Source of the DNA: Vicugna vicugna
Lineage: Eukaryota
NCBI GenBank assembly: GCA_013265495.1
Contig: MU061804.1
Span: 868,001-932,000 of the forward strand
DNA length: 64,000 nt
Direction: 5' to 3'
The position numbers and the translations under genes were made by a program. This document shows, one piece after another, positions 51,484 through 63,892 of this stretch (positions within the stretch are counted from its first letter, which is position 1; each line of letters begins with the position of its first letter). The notes under the pieces are model-generated. The model searched no databases. It was not told the DNA's origin and worked only from the letters and a program-made list of their open reading frames with translations.

Positions 51484-51780
51484 TTAGGATGGAGGACACC
51501 CCCCATCTTCCCAGCATGCTTCCTTAATTCACAAAGTCACTGCCCAACCCACGGCTCGAGACAGGCAGCCACTGCCTTGGTAACTGCAACCCCCTTCAGG
51601 CCCCCACGCTCTCCTCTGCACCCCCAGCTCCTACTGTAACCCCCACAAGTCCTGGCCATTCCTACCACCTCTCCCTCCACCCTCGGCCCCGCCCCGCCCT
51701 GCCCCGCCAGTCACCTGGGAGGACAGAGCGACAGGCCGGGAAGCCTTGAGAGGCGTGGGCTGGCATGTGGCTGTCACCCT

Positions 51781-51894
51781 TTTCTTCAAATCAGCGTCAT
51801 TGGGGTACAATTCACACACCGTGAGATTCGCTCACTGTAAACACACGGCGCACGGAAGTCCAAACCGTGCGACCAACAGCACCGCCCAGTTTTA
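51781..51894 (-). mobile_element. Ancient L1M (L1MB/MC-like) 3' fragment
   Basis: cagcgtcattggggtacaattcacacaccgtgagattcgctcactgtaaacacac resembles the recalled cagctttattgaggtataattcacataccataaaattcacccattttaagtgtac. Confidence 0.65.
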
Positions 51895-51957
51895 GAGCGC
51901 AAGCGTCACTCGGCGGAGCGACTTGAGCGCAAGCGTCACTCGGCGGAGCGATTTGAG
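51895..51957 (+). repeat. 30-bp tandem duplication (2.1 copies)
   Basis: gagcgcaagcgtcactcggcggagcgactt followed by gagcgcaagcgtcactcggcggagcgattt and then gag; one mismatch between the units. Confidence 0.95.
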
Positions 51958-53456
51958 AAACCACTGTCTCGCCACGTCTCTCTGCGCCCCTCTGCGCCCT
52001 CCGCGTCCCCCACCCCAGAGGACATCCCGGGACCCCGTGCTCTCCAGCCTGGAGGGGTGGGCCCTGCAAACCCCAGCCCGCCCAGCTCCCCCGGAGGCCC
52101 TGCTAATCCTCCTGGGCTCTGGGGCCCAAGATGACAGCAGACCCCTCTGTGCTCCGGCCCAGAGTCGACCCAAAAATTCACTGGCTTCCAGAGAAGACGA
52201 GGATTCTTTCTCCAAACTTTAGATTAAGTGTGAAGCTCCTTCGGGGAGGACAGGGTGGGGCGGGAGGTGACACTCGGGAAAGGAGAGACACCAACAGAGG
52301 CGGCCCTCCCAGGGGCCACGTGGGACACTCCTTTTGTATTTCTCTTGACACAGCGAAGCTTTCCTGACTGTTAAGGGACGCATTCACGCCTCCGAAGGCC
52401 ACGTGGACTCCGGTGGCCATGTCATCACTTGGCACAGGAGCCAGCTCCGGGCCTGACCCCACATGTGGCCCATGGGCGGCGGCCGCCACCTCACACCCCA
52501 AACATCGTCCAAGATGGAGCTGCAGCTCGTGTGAGAACCCGGCCACGAAGCCCCAATGGGCGTCAGACGGACCTGCTGGTGGAGCCAACGGAAAAGGGCA
52601 GCGGCCGAAGAGCAGGATAATTAATGACCCCGCGATATTGCGAGAAGCCAGGGAAGCAGCATGCGGCTCGGCTCCGCCCGCCTCCTCCAGGAACCATCTC
52701 ATCGGACGGTCCGGTCTCGCTTGCTAGAGGAAGGTGCTGGCGGCAGGAGAGGCGCTCTGTGGGGCTCCCGTGAGAGCCGTGGTGTCCTGGCAGCGGACGG
52801 CGGGGGACAGGGCTTCCCTCAGCGCCGGCGGCCCCGCGCCCGGAGCGCCCGGCTGCGTTCCAGCGCTCCCTCCCCCATGCCCGACGGCGCGAAGGCCTCT
52901 GTGATGACTTCACGCTCAGCCCAAAGTAAACACTCTCCACACTTTTTCCATGGACACATTCTAACCCAAACTGCCAGCCCTGGCCTCCCAACCAACCAGA
53001 TGGAAAGCCACCGTCCCCAAGAACATAAAACCTTTCTAACCAAACAGTACGTCTCGGCTGTGAGACACACTTTCCTATAAGCTTCCTAGAAATCTTTTAT
53101 CGAGCACCGAGGCTACAGATAACCCGAGCGACCCCTCCCTGCAGAACAAAGGCCCCGGAAACAGACGCCACAGATGACCCAGAACACTCGCTGACCCCGC
53201 AAACACCTGCCCTTGAGGGTGCCGCCCAGAACTCACACTCCTGGGCGCACACTCAGCTCACTGCCACCTGATCGCCATGCTCCTTCCGAACACAGGCCGA
53301 GAGACGACAGGCGCTGACCTGAACAAAGCGCAGCAGAGCTGACACCCGGGCAGATGTCCACACGCGCCAGACGCGCTCTCGCTCGGGCCCGCGTGACCCG
53401 CGCTCGGCCTCCCCCGACTTGGATGCAAAGGCAGACGCTCGCGACGGCGCACTTAC

Positions 53457-53562
53457 CAGGTTGGAATTGGTGGCGTTGGAGTCGTCTTCTGGGAAGGGGA
53501 TGTAGATGGCTAAGGCCACGCAATTGGCAAAAATCGTCAGCAAAATGATGATTTCAAATGGC
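53457..53562 (-). CDS. CACNA1C: CACNA1C coding exon 3 (segment IS1 and start of the IS1-IS2 loop)
   Basis: Translates to (K)[35 protein letters not shown]. Acceptor is ...ccccttccgcag|G and donor is AACCTG|gtaagt. It is 106 nt, and its phase fits exon 2 (AA+G = Lys). Confidence 0.98.
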
Positions 53563-53573
53563 CTGCGGAAGGG

Positions 53574-53582
53574 GTTAAGGAA
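53574..53582 (-). promoter_or_regulatory. U12 branch-point sequence TTCCTTAAC
   Basis: Plus strand gttaaggaa is an exact match to the U12 branch consensus at the typical short distance from the 3' AG. Confidence 0.9.
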
Positions 53583-55689
53583 GTTAACACGCCAGTGACA
53601 CACACACGCACAGATATATATTTTTAAAAACGAATCAAAGATTCATAGGAATTTTGTTTGAACAATACATTCCAAGCCCCTGTATTCTGAAAAGAAACAT
53701 GTGCCTTTTTAAGTGCTCCTAGTGGGGCCCCGCCAAAGTTTTTCCTAATATGTCAAAGCAGTGGAGGCCAGTCGCGTGCCAGAGTAAACACAGATTTCTG
53801 AAACTTTTCCCCGTCTTGTATTTATTTAGATTGCACTGGACTTCATTTTCCCTCACGTTGGCTCCAGGGTGGCTTTGAAAGAGCGGAGCCGTCTCCAGCC
53901 AGGGCTCGCCGACACCCGGGCTCCGGGGAGCTCGCGGTGGGAGAGGCGGGCCCCGCGGGGTGCAAGGCAGGGACTTGACCTTTAGACCTTGCACTGAAGT
54001 TTGGAGATGCTACTTTCAATCTTTTAACCTGAAGCTTAGACTGTTCTTCCCTCCCCGCTGACTCTCTGACCGCGTCCAGCGAGCCTGAAGGTGCCGGGGT
54101 CCCGACCCCAGGAGCACGGCAGGCTGTGCTCTCTCCCTGCAGACGCCTGGCCTCTTCAGCCTGCGGGGGCCCGGCCCTCCCAGGGCCTCCTGACTTTCCC
54201 GAGGACGTGCCAGGCCTAAAGGGATTAGCCAGGTCCACCCCCCAGCACTCAGGGAGGTCCCCGTGCCCGGATTCCTGCATCAGAGATCAGGGCAGACACA
54301 TTCTCAAGAGGAAAACGAGCAGCTGGGACAATACCCGTCCCGCCCTGCACCCTCACCTGAAGGCCAGCACAGGGAGCTTCAGAGGCAGCGCCTGGTTCGT
54401 GGGTTTCAGCCCCCACCCCCACCTCCCCAACACGGCTGAGCCTCCAGCCTCGTCAGGGTCCTACAGGAGGGGGAAGAAAAGAGGGTGGACTTTCCTGGAA
54501 GAAGGGGCCCCTCCATCTCCCAGGGAACCTGCACTCACAAAGCTGATGAGTCTTGGAGCAGGAACAGACCCTGGACAGCGTCCAGTCCAAACCCCTGAGG
54601 CCCAGAGAGCCTGAGAAACTTTCCCAAGTGCCCACAGCAGGCGCTGAAGCCAGGACCGGAACCCAGACCCCCGCCCAGAGTCCGCTGTTCACTCCTCTGC
54701 CACGGGGCACCTCGGACCTTTGTCGCCAGGGGAATATTTAGCCCAGGGCCTCCCGGCCAGCGTGCCCTGAGGGTAGAGCTGGGCGTCCACACACCCAGCA
54801 GGCCTCACAAACACTGGCACTTCCTGCATGTGCCCTGATGCCAAGAAGACGGCGTGCAGCGGGCCTGCCCAGCCCTCAGCTTGACGGACACAGAAAACCA
54901 AGCCACCTCTCCCAGGTCCCGAGCTGGCCAACGGCAGAGCCAGGCCTCTGACTCATCTTTTCCCATAGGCCCTGCTGCCCTTTGAGCAGGCCGAGGTCAG
55001 CGCCCCCAGACCTCAAACGTCACCCGTCTCTTCCAAGCGGGTGACGGCCCAGCCCAGGGTGTCTCCTGCGTGGTCAGTCCGCCCCCCTCGGTTCAGGGTG
55101 TCCTTATGTCAAAGTGCGGGGCTCCTGCTTGGAAGAGAAGGTGCAAACTGGGGGAGAACCCCGGATGCCCTGCAGGTGGTGCGTCTCCCTGGACCACCCG
55201 ACCCTCTTTAAGCTGCCTCCTCGCCTGTGACGGCGTCCCGGGAGCACTGAGGGGCTGGCACTACAGGCCACCTCCTAACCTCCCACCACCCTTCCCAGCA
55301 ATCTGGGAAGGCCACCACCCAGCCCCGCTGAGGCTGGTCCACTTCCTCTCCTGCCCACCGAGGGGCACAGGAGGTGGCTGAGCCCACCGTGGGCACCGGG
55401 GTAACGGCCTTGCTAACACGGCGGCTCCCCCGTCCAGGGCCAGAGTCCAGCCTCCCGTGGACGGCATGTCACGCTCCCCACTGCTCCCCAGCTGCGCTGG
55501 GTGTCACTGCTGCCCCCCTTCTTTCCAAGCCATGTGGTCACCTGGCCTTCACTCAGCGCCCAGGACTCCTCACCCGGGAGCCGCCCACCCCAGCAGGGGA
55601 AGAGAGGACGGGAGGTCTCGGGTACTTGCTGGACACGGCTCCTGAGGTCTGGTTTCTGAGCGTGCACCTGGGGGCCCGGGCTCCACAGC

Positions 55690-55830
55690 TCCTGCTAAAT
55701 CCCGGGGAGGTGACCAAGGTTACTCCCCACCACAGACGAGGAAACCGCATCTCTGTGGGTTCGGATGAGCCGTGACCCCTCAGGGCACAGGCGGCAGGGC
55801 CGCTGGGCTGGGTGTCCAGGCCCAGACCGG
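55690..55830 (-). mobile_element. MIR fragment
   Basis: ccccggggaggtgaccaaggttactccccaccacagacgaggaaaccg. Confidence 0.5.
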
Positions 55831-56850
55831 GTCCCAGTGTCCCATTCAGCATCCTCTGAACGTCCCCAGCACCTTTCCTCTGCACTCTCGGATCGCGGGA
55901 GGCAGGAGTGCAGATTCAGATTCGGGCTCCTGGACCTGAATCCTGCTCGGCCGGCCGCCAGCTGTGACCTGTGTGGTGCAGCTCCTCCAGGCCTCCTGCC
56001 CATCTCGAGGCCTCTGGCCACAGGCCCCAGCTGCCCCCACGCACGGCTCTGCTGGGCAGCCACGGCAGCAGACCGACCAGGGCGCCCGCAGCAGGGGCTC
56101 TCACCTGGCCGTCCGGGAAGCGGACACCTTGGCCCCAGGACAGACGGGCCAGCTCCACAGCCGCCTCCTCGCAAGTGACCTGGGGCCTGGGGGCTCTGGC
56201 ATTTACCAACATTTCCCACTGAACAGAAACTTTCTTCTCTCTGGAGTCATCTTTTACCTTTCATCCGCTCCCAAGACTTTTAAATCTTTCCACGGAAACT
56301 CGTAAATGAAACCCAACACCCCATCCTGAGCCCTGGGAGACGTGCCAGCCCTGCCTGTGTGGACCGTGACTATGGAAACACTGGGCACTGAGTCCAGGGT
56401 TCTAGTCCTGCCTGCCACCAACCATGGGCCCTGTGGGTGTATGTCATCTGGGGAAAGTCGGGGGTGCACCTGCTGGTCTTTGAGGGGCATGACTGCCTGG
56501 TGGGAGCCCAGCCCTTCAAAGCCATTTTCTCTGCAGGCCCCACTCACTGGGTTCTGCCCAGACAAAGCGGGTCTGTGCTGAAACCCAGGCGGGGTCCTCC
56601 ACCCCAGCTGCAGAGTTCACACAGGCCTGGGCGGAGCGCCGGCACAACTTCCCAGGTGACGCCGGCATGCTCCCAGGCCCTGCCCCACGGGCCAGGCGCC
56701 GAGCAGCACCCTTACCTCCGTGGGGCTCCTTCACCCTGGACTGGGAGGTCACAGCCCAGGAGGAGGGGCAGGGCCTGGGTGTGGGCCACCGTTAACCCAG
56801 CACACAGTGGGTCCTGGGCAAGCTCACTACATCTGAGGCTTGTCTTCTCA

Positions 56851-57366
<516 letters not shown>

Positions 57367-57489
57367 TTATGGGGAGGAAACAGGAGCGTCTGCGATACGT
57401 GCTGGATCCCAGGCTCACAATTTTTAAAAAAATCTTATTTCCAACTACGGGAGGAGCCGGGGAGGCCACAGGGAAACATGAGTGTGTGA

Positions 57490-57580
57490 TGCAGGGAGTG
57501 CACTCTGGTCCCAGCTCAGCCGTGTGACCTTGGACACGTCACTCCCCACCCCTCAGTCTCACTGCGTCACGTCAGGGGGA
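57490..57580 (+). mobile_element. MIR fragment
   Basis: ggtcccagctcagccgtgtgaccttggacacgtcactccccacccctcagtctc. Confidence 0.6.
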
Positions 57581-59009
57581 CAAGACCGGAGATGGATGCG
57601 TTACGGCTCGTCTGGGCCTTGGAAACACAGGGAGAAGAAAAGGACGCAGAAAAAGATGAAGATGCAATGCAATACGTGTCAATTAAACACATATTTATAA
57701 GAAAACATACGAAGAGAGCAGAATGGCTGTCTGTGGAAGGAGGAGAGGACAATGAGACCAGGACACGGGGACAGACAGGAAGGAGGAATGAATGCGTGAG
57801 AGCCACTGCAGGAATCAGGGCTGACAGACGGTGAATCGAAGGGTACAATTCACTCGAATCTCTGCACCTGAGTTCCAAAAACAAAAGAAAAACAAGGTGA
57901 AGGGGTTGAGCCAAAGCAAGGTCACCACCAGGTGCTTCAAACCCATCTGGCAACGAGCGCTGGGTGGATGGGGGGGTTCGGAGCTGTGATGGTTTTAAAT
58001 CACGTCAGCAAATCATCTGACATCATCCCATTGAGAAACAGGATCTCTGCGCCCTGCTCCTGGAGTGGGGCTGGCCCTTGGTGACTGTTGTGAGCGAGAA
58101 CGCACAGCAGCAGTGACAGCAGGCATGATCTCCAAGGCTAGGGTGGAGAACGCCACCCCAGCCCCGAGGCCGCCATGCTGTGAGGAAGCCCAGCCAGCCT
58201 ATGCTGGGGGGTCCCAGGCAGCCCCCAGGGGCTCCAGTCACCAACTGACCACAACCCCATGACGGACCCCAAGCCAGAACCGCCCAGCAAGCCCATCCTG
58301 GATTCCTGGCCTGCAGAAACCCGGAGACAGCTCGGCGTCTGCAGCAGTAAAGCCGCCTGTTTGGCTGACTCACTGCGTAGCGTTTGGATGTGGGAAGGGC
58401 GCCGTGTGCAGCAGGAGGTGACCAGGTGGGGGCCAGGGACACAGGCAGGAATGAAGCCCGGGTAGGAACCTGTGGAATCCTGCAGAAGCGTCTGCACATC
58501 TCAGGTCTGAAGGCAACTGACACCTTCAGGACTGTCCCTATGACACCGCGCACACCTGGTGGGCTGGCCTCTGTCTGGTCGGCTGGAGCCTCACCCCAGG
58601 GATTCCAGATCCTACAGGGTTTACTAAGGGATGGGCTCAGCCGGGGCCCCAGGACAGACTGTGACCTTGGACTTGCCGGCTGGCCAGGTGCCACGAAATG
58701 CAGAGAACAGGGTAATAAGCCTGTGGGCAGAGAGCCCGGCACCTGGACGCCACGTCTGTCACCCAGGAGACAGCGGCCGGAGCCAGACCAGCGGGCAAAC
58801 ATCACCTGCAAGCTGCTGGCCCAGACACACGGCCCCTTCCCCGCCCCACCGCAGCACACTGGGTCCGGGTGAGCACGCTGCCTCCCCGGCCACCTCTCCC
58901 TGCTCTCATCTTGGGCTCATCCCTCTAGGTCTGAGCGTCAAGCTAACTTTGGCTCCCAGTGTGACTGGCTGTCTAGACCCTCTCACCCCCACTGCCACCC
59001 TGTCCTGCA

Positions 59010-59224
59010 TGGGGGCCAGTTCAGAGCTCAGCACGTGACCCGGCTTAGCCACAGAGCCTGGAGCCACTCTGCCCTAGAGACAGACTGAAAACCGCTGGGC
59101 GCCTGCATCCAGCCATACCTGATGCCAGCCTTACCCTGAGCTTTCCGGTTCTATTCCTCAAGAAACTGCAGCTGACCTAAACTGGGTTTCTGTCCCCGGA
59201 AGCCAGAAGAGTCTTGACCAATAC
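59010..59224 (+). mobile_element. Ancient ERVL LTR relic (LTR16-like)
   Basis: gcacgtgacccggcttagcc and the terminal ctgggtttctgtccccggaagccagaagagtcttgaccaatac resemble recalled LTR16-family segments. Confidence 0.5.
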
Positions 59225-61037
59225 GCTTGCTCAGTGCTACAAAGCTTGTACCTCCCTGGGCTGTCATTCCCACCAGATTCCGAAGTCTATGTCCTTCCGG
59301 TAATCACACCAGTGACAGACGGCAAGTGTCCAGCCTTGTGCCAACTGATGGGCATGACTGTCCAAAATGCTGTACCTAAGGGTTCTGGGACTTTCCTGAG
59401 CGCAGCAGGGAGGCGAACGGTGATGGATCAGTGATGTCTACCAGGGGCACAAGAGGCCGAGAATGGCATGACGGCTACAGGTACCCCCCACGACACCACA
59501 TAAGCATCGCAGGTCCGCTCGGGTACCAGCTGGTCGGCTGCCCTCCTTGCCCTGACAGCTGCCTCTTGCGCCTTCACACCTGGCCCCTGTGGCATCAGAG
59601 CCCCGTCCCCACTCCTCAGTTCACCGTCTCCTCCGCCTGGCACGGACTCCGCGTCAGCATCTCTCCCTCCTCGGGCCCCCCCACCCCAGCTGTGAGGCAG
59701 TGCCGCCCCCCCGCCCCTGGGGGAAGGGGTTCAGCCAGGACGGCAGGACCCCGGAGATGCCTGCGCTTCCCAGGAGGAGTCTCGTCTCTCGCACACTTGG
59801 CCGCCGTCCTCTCTGCGCTCACCGGGTGGGTCTGAAGCACAAATCGAGGAAGACCCGCTAGGCCAGGCCTGCACCTTTCCCACGAGACCCAGGAAGCAAA
59901 GGCTGGAGGAGAGAACTTGCCGTACCGAGGCACCTGCCCCCGGAGAGCAGCGCGCACATCTCCATCGCGTGGGAGAGCGGGGGACTGTGAAGGGAGAGGG
60001 CGGGGTGCCCATGGCCACCCAGGGCTCCGCGTCCACGCCTCCTGGGGCCTCGCACGTGTGCCACACGCACACGTGTACACTCACATGTGGCCACGAGCGA
60101 AGCAGCTCCTCGAGGGTCACGGCCTGAGGTTGAAGGGGCTGCACTTCCGCCCCAAGAACACCCCTGATATCTGATGTGGTCTTCCCGGGACGGCACCCAC
60201 CATGCCACCCACCGCAGGACAGAGGAGGGCGGACGCATCTCTTTCCATCTGCCACCCCGGACTGCCCGGGTGCAGCGGGCTCGCGTCTCACCGGGCTCAC
60301 CAGCGAGGGCTGCGACTCTGAACTTCCCGTTGGATCTTCAATGAATAACCTCCCTTCCTGACCCCCGCTTGGCATCGACGATGCTGACTGGCCTCCGCTG
60401 AGCTCCAGGACCCACTGATCCTCTCCTCTCACGGACATAAAAGCAGCCGTGTCTCCACCCCGTGGGACCCTCCAGACCTCGACCCTCTCCTGACGACGAG
60501 GCCCCAACACCTCCTGCCCTCCTGCACGCTGTGGTCTTCAAACTCTCACCTTCGCCGGCCCCCCGGATGTTGCCCTAATCCCCTCACAGCCCAGCCCCTC
60601 CCCAAACCAAGCAATGCCAGAGGTTTTGGGCAACGTCTGGGAAGAAGGCAGGAAGCAGTAGGCAAGCGGACACATCCTTCCCCCCGGAAAGGCCGGGATG
60701 GGAGCGTCCCGGGCGCCCCGAGGCATCAGGACCAGGGCTTCCAAGGGCAAGCGGTCGAGGGTCCACGGAGCAGAGAGGGGGTCTGAATGCCTCGTCTTGG
60801 GGGGCTGACTTCGGAGGACTCTGCGCTGGGGGTGACCTCATTTATACCATGAACTGTTCCCAGAGCCCCAGGACCTCTCAGGAGCGCACCATCTGGAGAA
60901 AGCACATACGAACAAGCCCGTGGGGAGAAATGGAATGTCAGCCTATCCCAGCCAGAGGACAGGAAAACAGCCGGCAGTATTTCCGTCCCGGCACCCGAGC
61001 GCTGCTGCAGCCCCGTGACACCACGGAGGGCCTCGGG

Positions 61038-61165
61038 ACACACACACACACGTGCACGCACGCACGCACATGTACACACATGCATGCACATTGCACACAT
61101 GTGCATGCGCACGTGCACACACACGTACACGTGCACGCGCATGTGCGCACACGTATGCGCACATG
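61038..61165 (+). repeat. Long alternating purine-pyrimidine tract (CA/CG/TG/TA mix), 128 nt
   Basis: Two perfect alternating runs (54 and 74 nt) joined by a single TT step. Confidence 0.9.
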
Positions 61166-62235
61166 GGGGAGACAGGCGTGGCCCTCAGCCGGCCTCACCC
61201 AGGCTGCACCTCGAGGCCCAGCTCAGCCTCCCTTCCTCAAGTCACTGTCCCCCACCCACTGGGATGACCCCCCACCCAGACCCGGGGCTCCGTCAGGCCC
61301 CCAGGCCCCCAATGACAAGAGGGCGCAGTAATCCAAGAATCCCAGGGCTGGAAAAGCTCCATCTCAGGCCCCACATTAGTGGATCCGGAGCAGAGCCGTG
61401 GAGGAAGGGAAGCAGCACTGCGTCCCTGATGGCTCTGTTAGCGCGAAATAACCACCCGATGCAAAGAGACCAATTTTCAAATTATAAAGCTGATTCAAAG
61501 CTCTGTCTCCTGGCTGCCAGCTGAAAAGATGCCACCGGTTAAGTCTGCGCTGGCTCCTGCCTCCCTAGACTCTCCGCACTGAGGCTCCAGTCTCTGGACC
61601 AGCCCCGGGGCAGCAGCTCAGTGGCCCGGCCACACACACACACTAGTGGGTGCTCCCGGCGGGGCTCCTCCTCGTGCAGGACAAAGTGACGGTCACCTGT
61701 CACACAGCCCAGCCCCCCCGAAGACAGAGCAGGTTCTCCTCCTGCACACACAGCTGCTGCTGCTGCTCCAAGGGCCAAGGAAGAGGCCAGGCCCCCAGGC
61801 ATGTCAGCTCTGCAAGGGTCCTGCTCCCGGGATCTCCACGAGGGAGAGGGTGATGCTGGGACCTGGAGCCGTTCAGCCAAGAACGGCTGAGTTTTTCCTT
61901 AGTCCACCTCCATCGCCACACCTGGTCCAGGGCCACATCCCGAACCTACCCAGTATGTTTGCTACTGTAACATAATGTCGTGACAGCACATCGTGATATG
62001 GAGGACCTGGGAAACGGCGCTGGAATCCATCCACCCGTGCCCGAAAGGACGTGCTTTTCCAGGCCCCCCTGCTTACTTCCTGGCCATGATGGTGGGGGAG
62101 CACTTCTGGGGAAGAGGCTGTGAGCAACGATTTCCACCTCCAAGGCCACCACCCCGGTCCAGGCCACCACCCCTCTGTCGCCTGCGATGCTGCAGGCGCC
62201 CCCGGCACCCGCCTCCCTTCTCTTGCCCAACCTCC

Positions 62236-62520
62236 AGCAGCAGCCAGAATGACCTTTTAGAAATACGAATCACGAACCAGGCCCTGTCACTGTCCCAGTT
62301 AAATCTCTTCGAAGTCCAGGCTCTGGCACGGCCCGTGAGCCCGCGTGGACCAGCCCTCCCACTTCTCTGAGCCTCCTCCCTCAGTCCGGTCCAACGCTCG
62401 CCTGCCGCCCTGGTCCCGTTTCGCTCAGACATGCTCAGTTTTCACCTGCCGCAGTGCCTTTGCGCGCACTCAGCAGGCCGTTCCCTCTGCTCTCTGCTGC
62501 GGATTCCTTCTCAGATCTCC
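62236..62520 (+). mobile_element. L2 LINE fragment
   Basis: agcagccagaatgaccttttagaaatacgaatc...cagtgcctttgcgcgcact...gttccctctgc resembles the L2 3' region. Confidence 0.7.
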
Positions 62521-63039
62521 TCCCGACCCCCACCTCCTGTCTAACCAGTCAGACTGGAAACCCTGGCGGCCAGCAGGCTCCCCACCCATCTCCCTGCCTC
62601 CGTGTTATCTCTGACTGGAGAAGCCCAACCCCTGGCACCGGAAGGGGTCCCAGTTAGCCATGTGTGCAGAAGAGGTGTGGGGCCGCAGGCCTGCTTCGCC
62701 AGCACGACCTCCCTCTTTGGCCTCTGCGCCTTCAGCCGTGCACAGAGGGGGTCACTCTCCAGGACCGGCCTCAGTACACACATCACCATCCCAGCTGGTG
62801 ACGGGGCGGAGGAACAGCAGTTCACACGTGCAAAGGCGAGGGCCACACACGCACTTCCTCCTCGGGTCCCACGCATCCTTGCGCTCAGCGGTCCTGCGGC
62901 GCAAAGGAAGGGCTTTCTCTCCGGCCGACGGCCACCCAAGATCTTCTCAGAAGCGCTCGTCTCGCTGCAGGGACCAGGCGCCTACGTTCCCTTTAAGAGC
63001 GTAGCAGCCGACCTGAAACAGAAACCGAGCTTTCTCTGC

Positions 63040-63049
63040 CCATTAAAGG
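63040..63049. promoter_or_regulatory. CArG box (CCATTAAAGG)
   Basis: Matches CC(A/T)6GG; motif match only. Confidence 0.35.
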
Positions 63050-63689
63050 CCAAATGAGTAGAAAGCAGGAGGCCATTAATCTTCTCTATCTGGTGCGTGA
63101 GGCAGATGGCGGGAACGCTCTGACGGGTTAGACGCTGTCTCAGTCTCAGGAGATAGCGAGGGCCTGCCACCACCAGCCCGGTGGGGCTCACCCTGGGGAG
63201 GTGGGGGTCCGGCTTAGCCCTGGGCAGACTGGTGGTGGACTGGCTCAGCAGCCACCGGCCGCCGCCTCTGTGCCCTGCTGTCCCCTGGGGGCTCGGAGCC
63301 GAACACCCCCATCTAGCCTCCCTGTGTCCAGACTGGTGGGGCCGTGGGCTCGGCCAACTCAAGACCCGGCTGACACTGAGTCAGGCGGGGGGGCACTGAT
63401 TTCAACATTCTCCCTCTGTAGGGACAGACAGGCTCTGGCCGTGGCTTCCTGGTCCCTGGACCGTGGACACGGTGGTGTGGTCGCGAAGCCAGCTCCCGGC
63501 ACAGCAAGTCCTGACGCCTCAGCTGACACCAGAGTCCCAGCGCTCACAAAGGTCCGCTCCCCGGTGCGGTCTGAGGTCACGCCTGGAGGCCTTGCCCCCA
63601 GTTCTCATATTAAGTGTCCTTCCTCTTAAAACGGCCACAGCACTATCTGCTGCAGGTCTGAACTCCAACTGACCCAGGCGGGCTGCCGC

Positions 63690-63892
63690 GCACCGGCCCG
63701 TGGAACTCCTGCCACGGTGGGGGTAAGAAGAATTCTGGGGGTCCGATATGGTGGCCACCAGTCAGGAGCTTTTAAGCCCTTGAGGTGCAGCCAGTCCAAC
63801 TGAGGAGCTGCACTTTAAATCTCATTTAATTTCAGTTAGTTTACATGTAAGCAGCCTCACGTGGCCAGGACCCGCCACTGCGGACGGCCCAG
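63690..63892 (+). mobile_element. MER3-like hAT-Charlie DNA transposon relic
   Basis: gtccgatatggtggccaccagtc...actgaggagctgcactttaaatctcatttaatttcagttagttttacatgtaagcagcctcacgtggcc...cggacggcccag follows the MER3 layout, with internal inverted symmetry around an AT core. Confidence 0.75.

Larger units (their letters stand above)
1..53456 (-). other. CACNA1C: CACNA1C intron 3 (proximal part; continues beyond the window start)
   Basis: Begins with GTAAGT after exon 3. No exon 4 (ERVEYLFL...) is recognisable in the window, and intron 3 is known to be hundreds of kb long in human. Confidence 0.9.

Noticed and set aside
58085-58130. Cys-rich minus-strand stretch (HACCHCCCAF) as a possible alternative first exon, given a reported Cys-rich rodent exon 1c
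   Set aside because: No in-frame ATG or phase-1 donor joining it to exon 2, and I cannot match it to the reported sequence.
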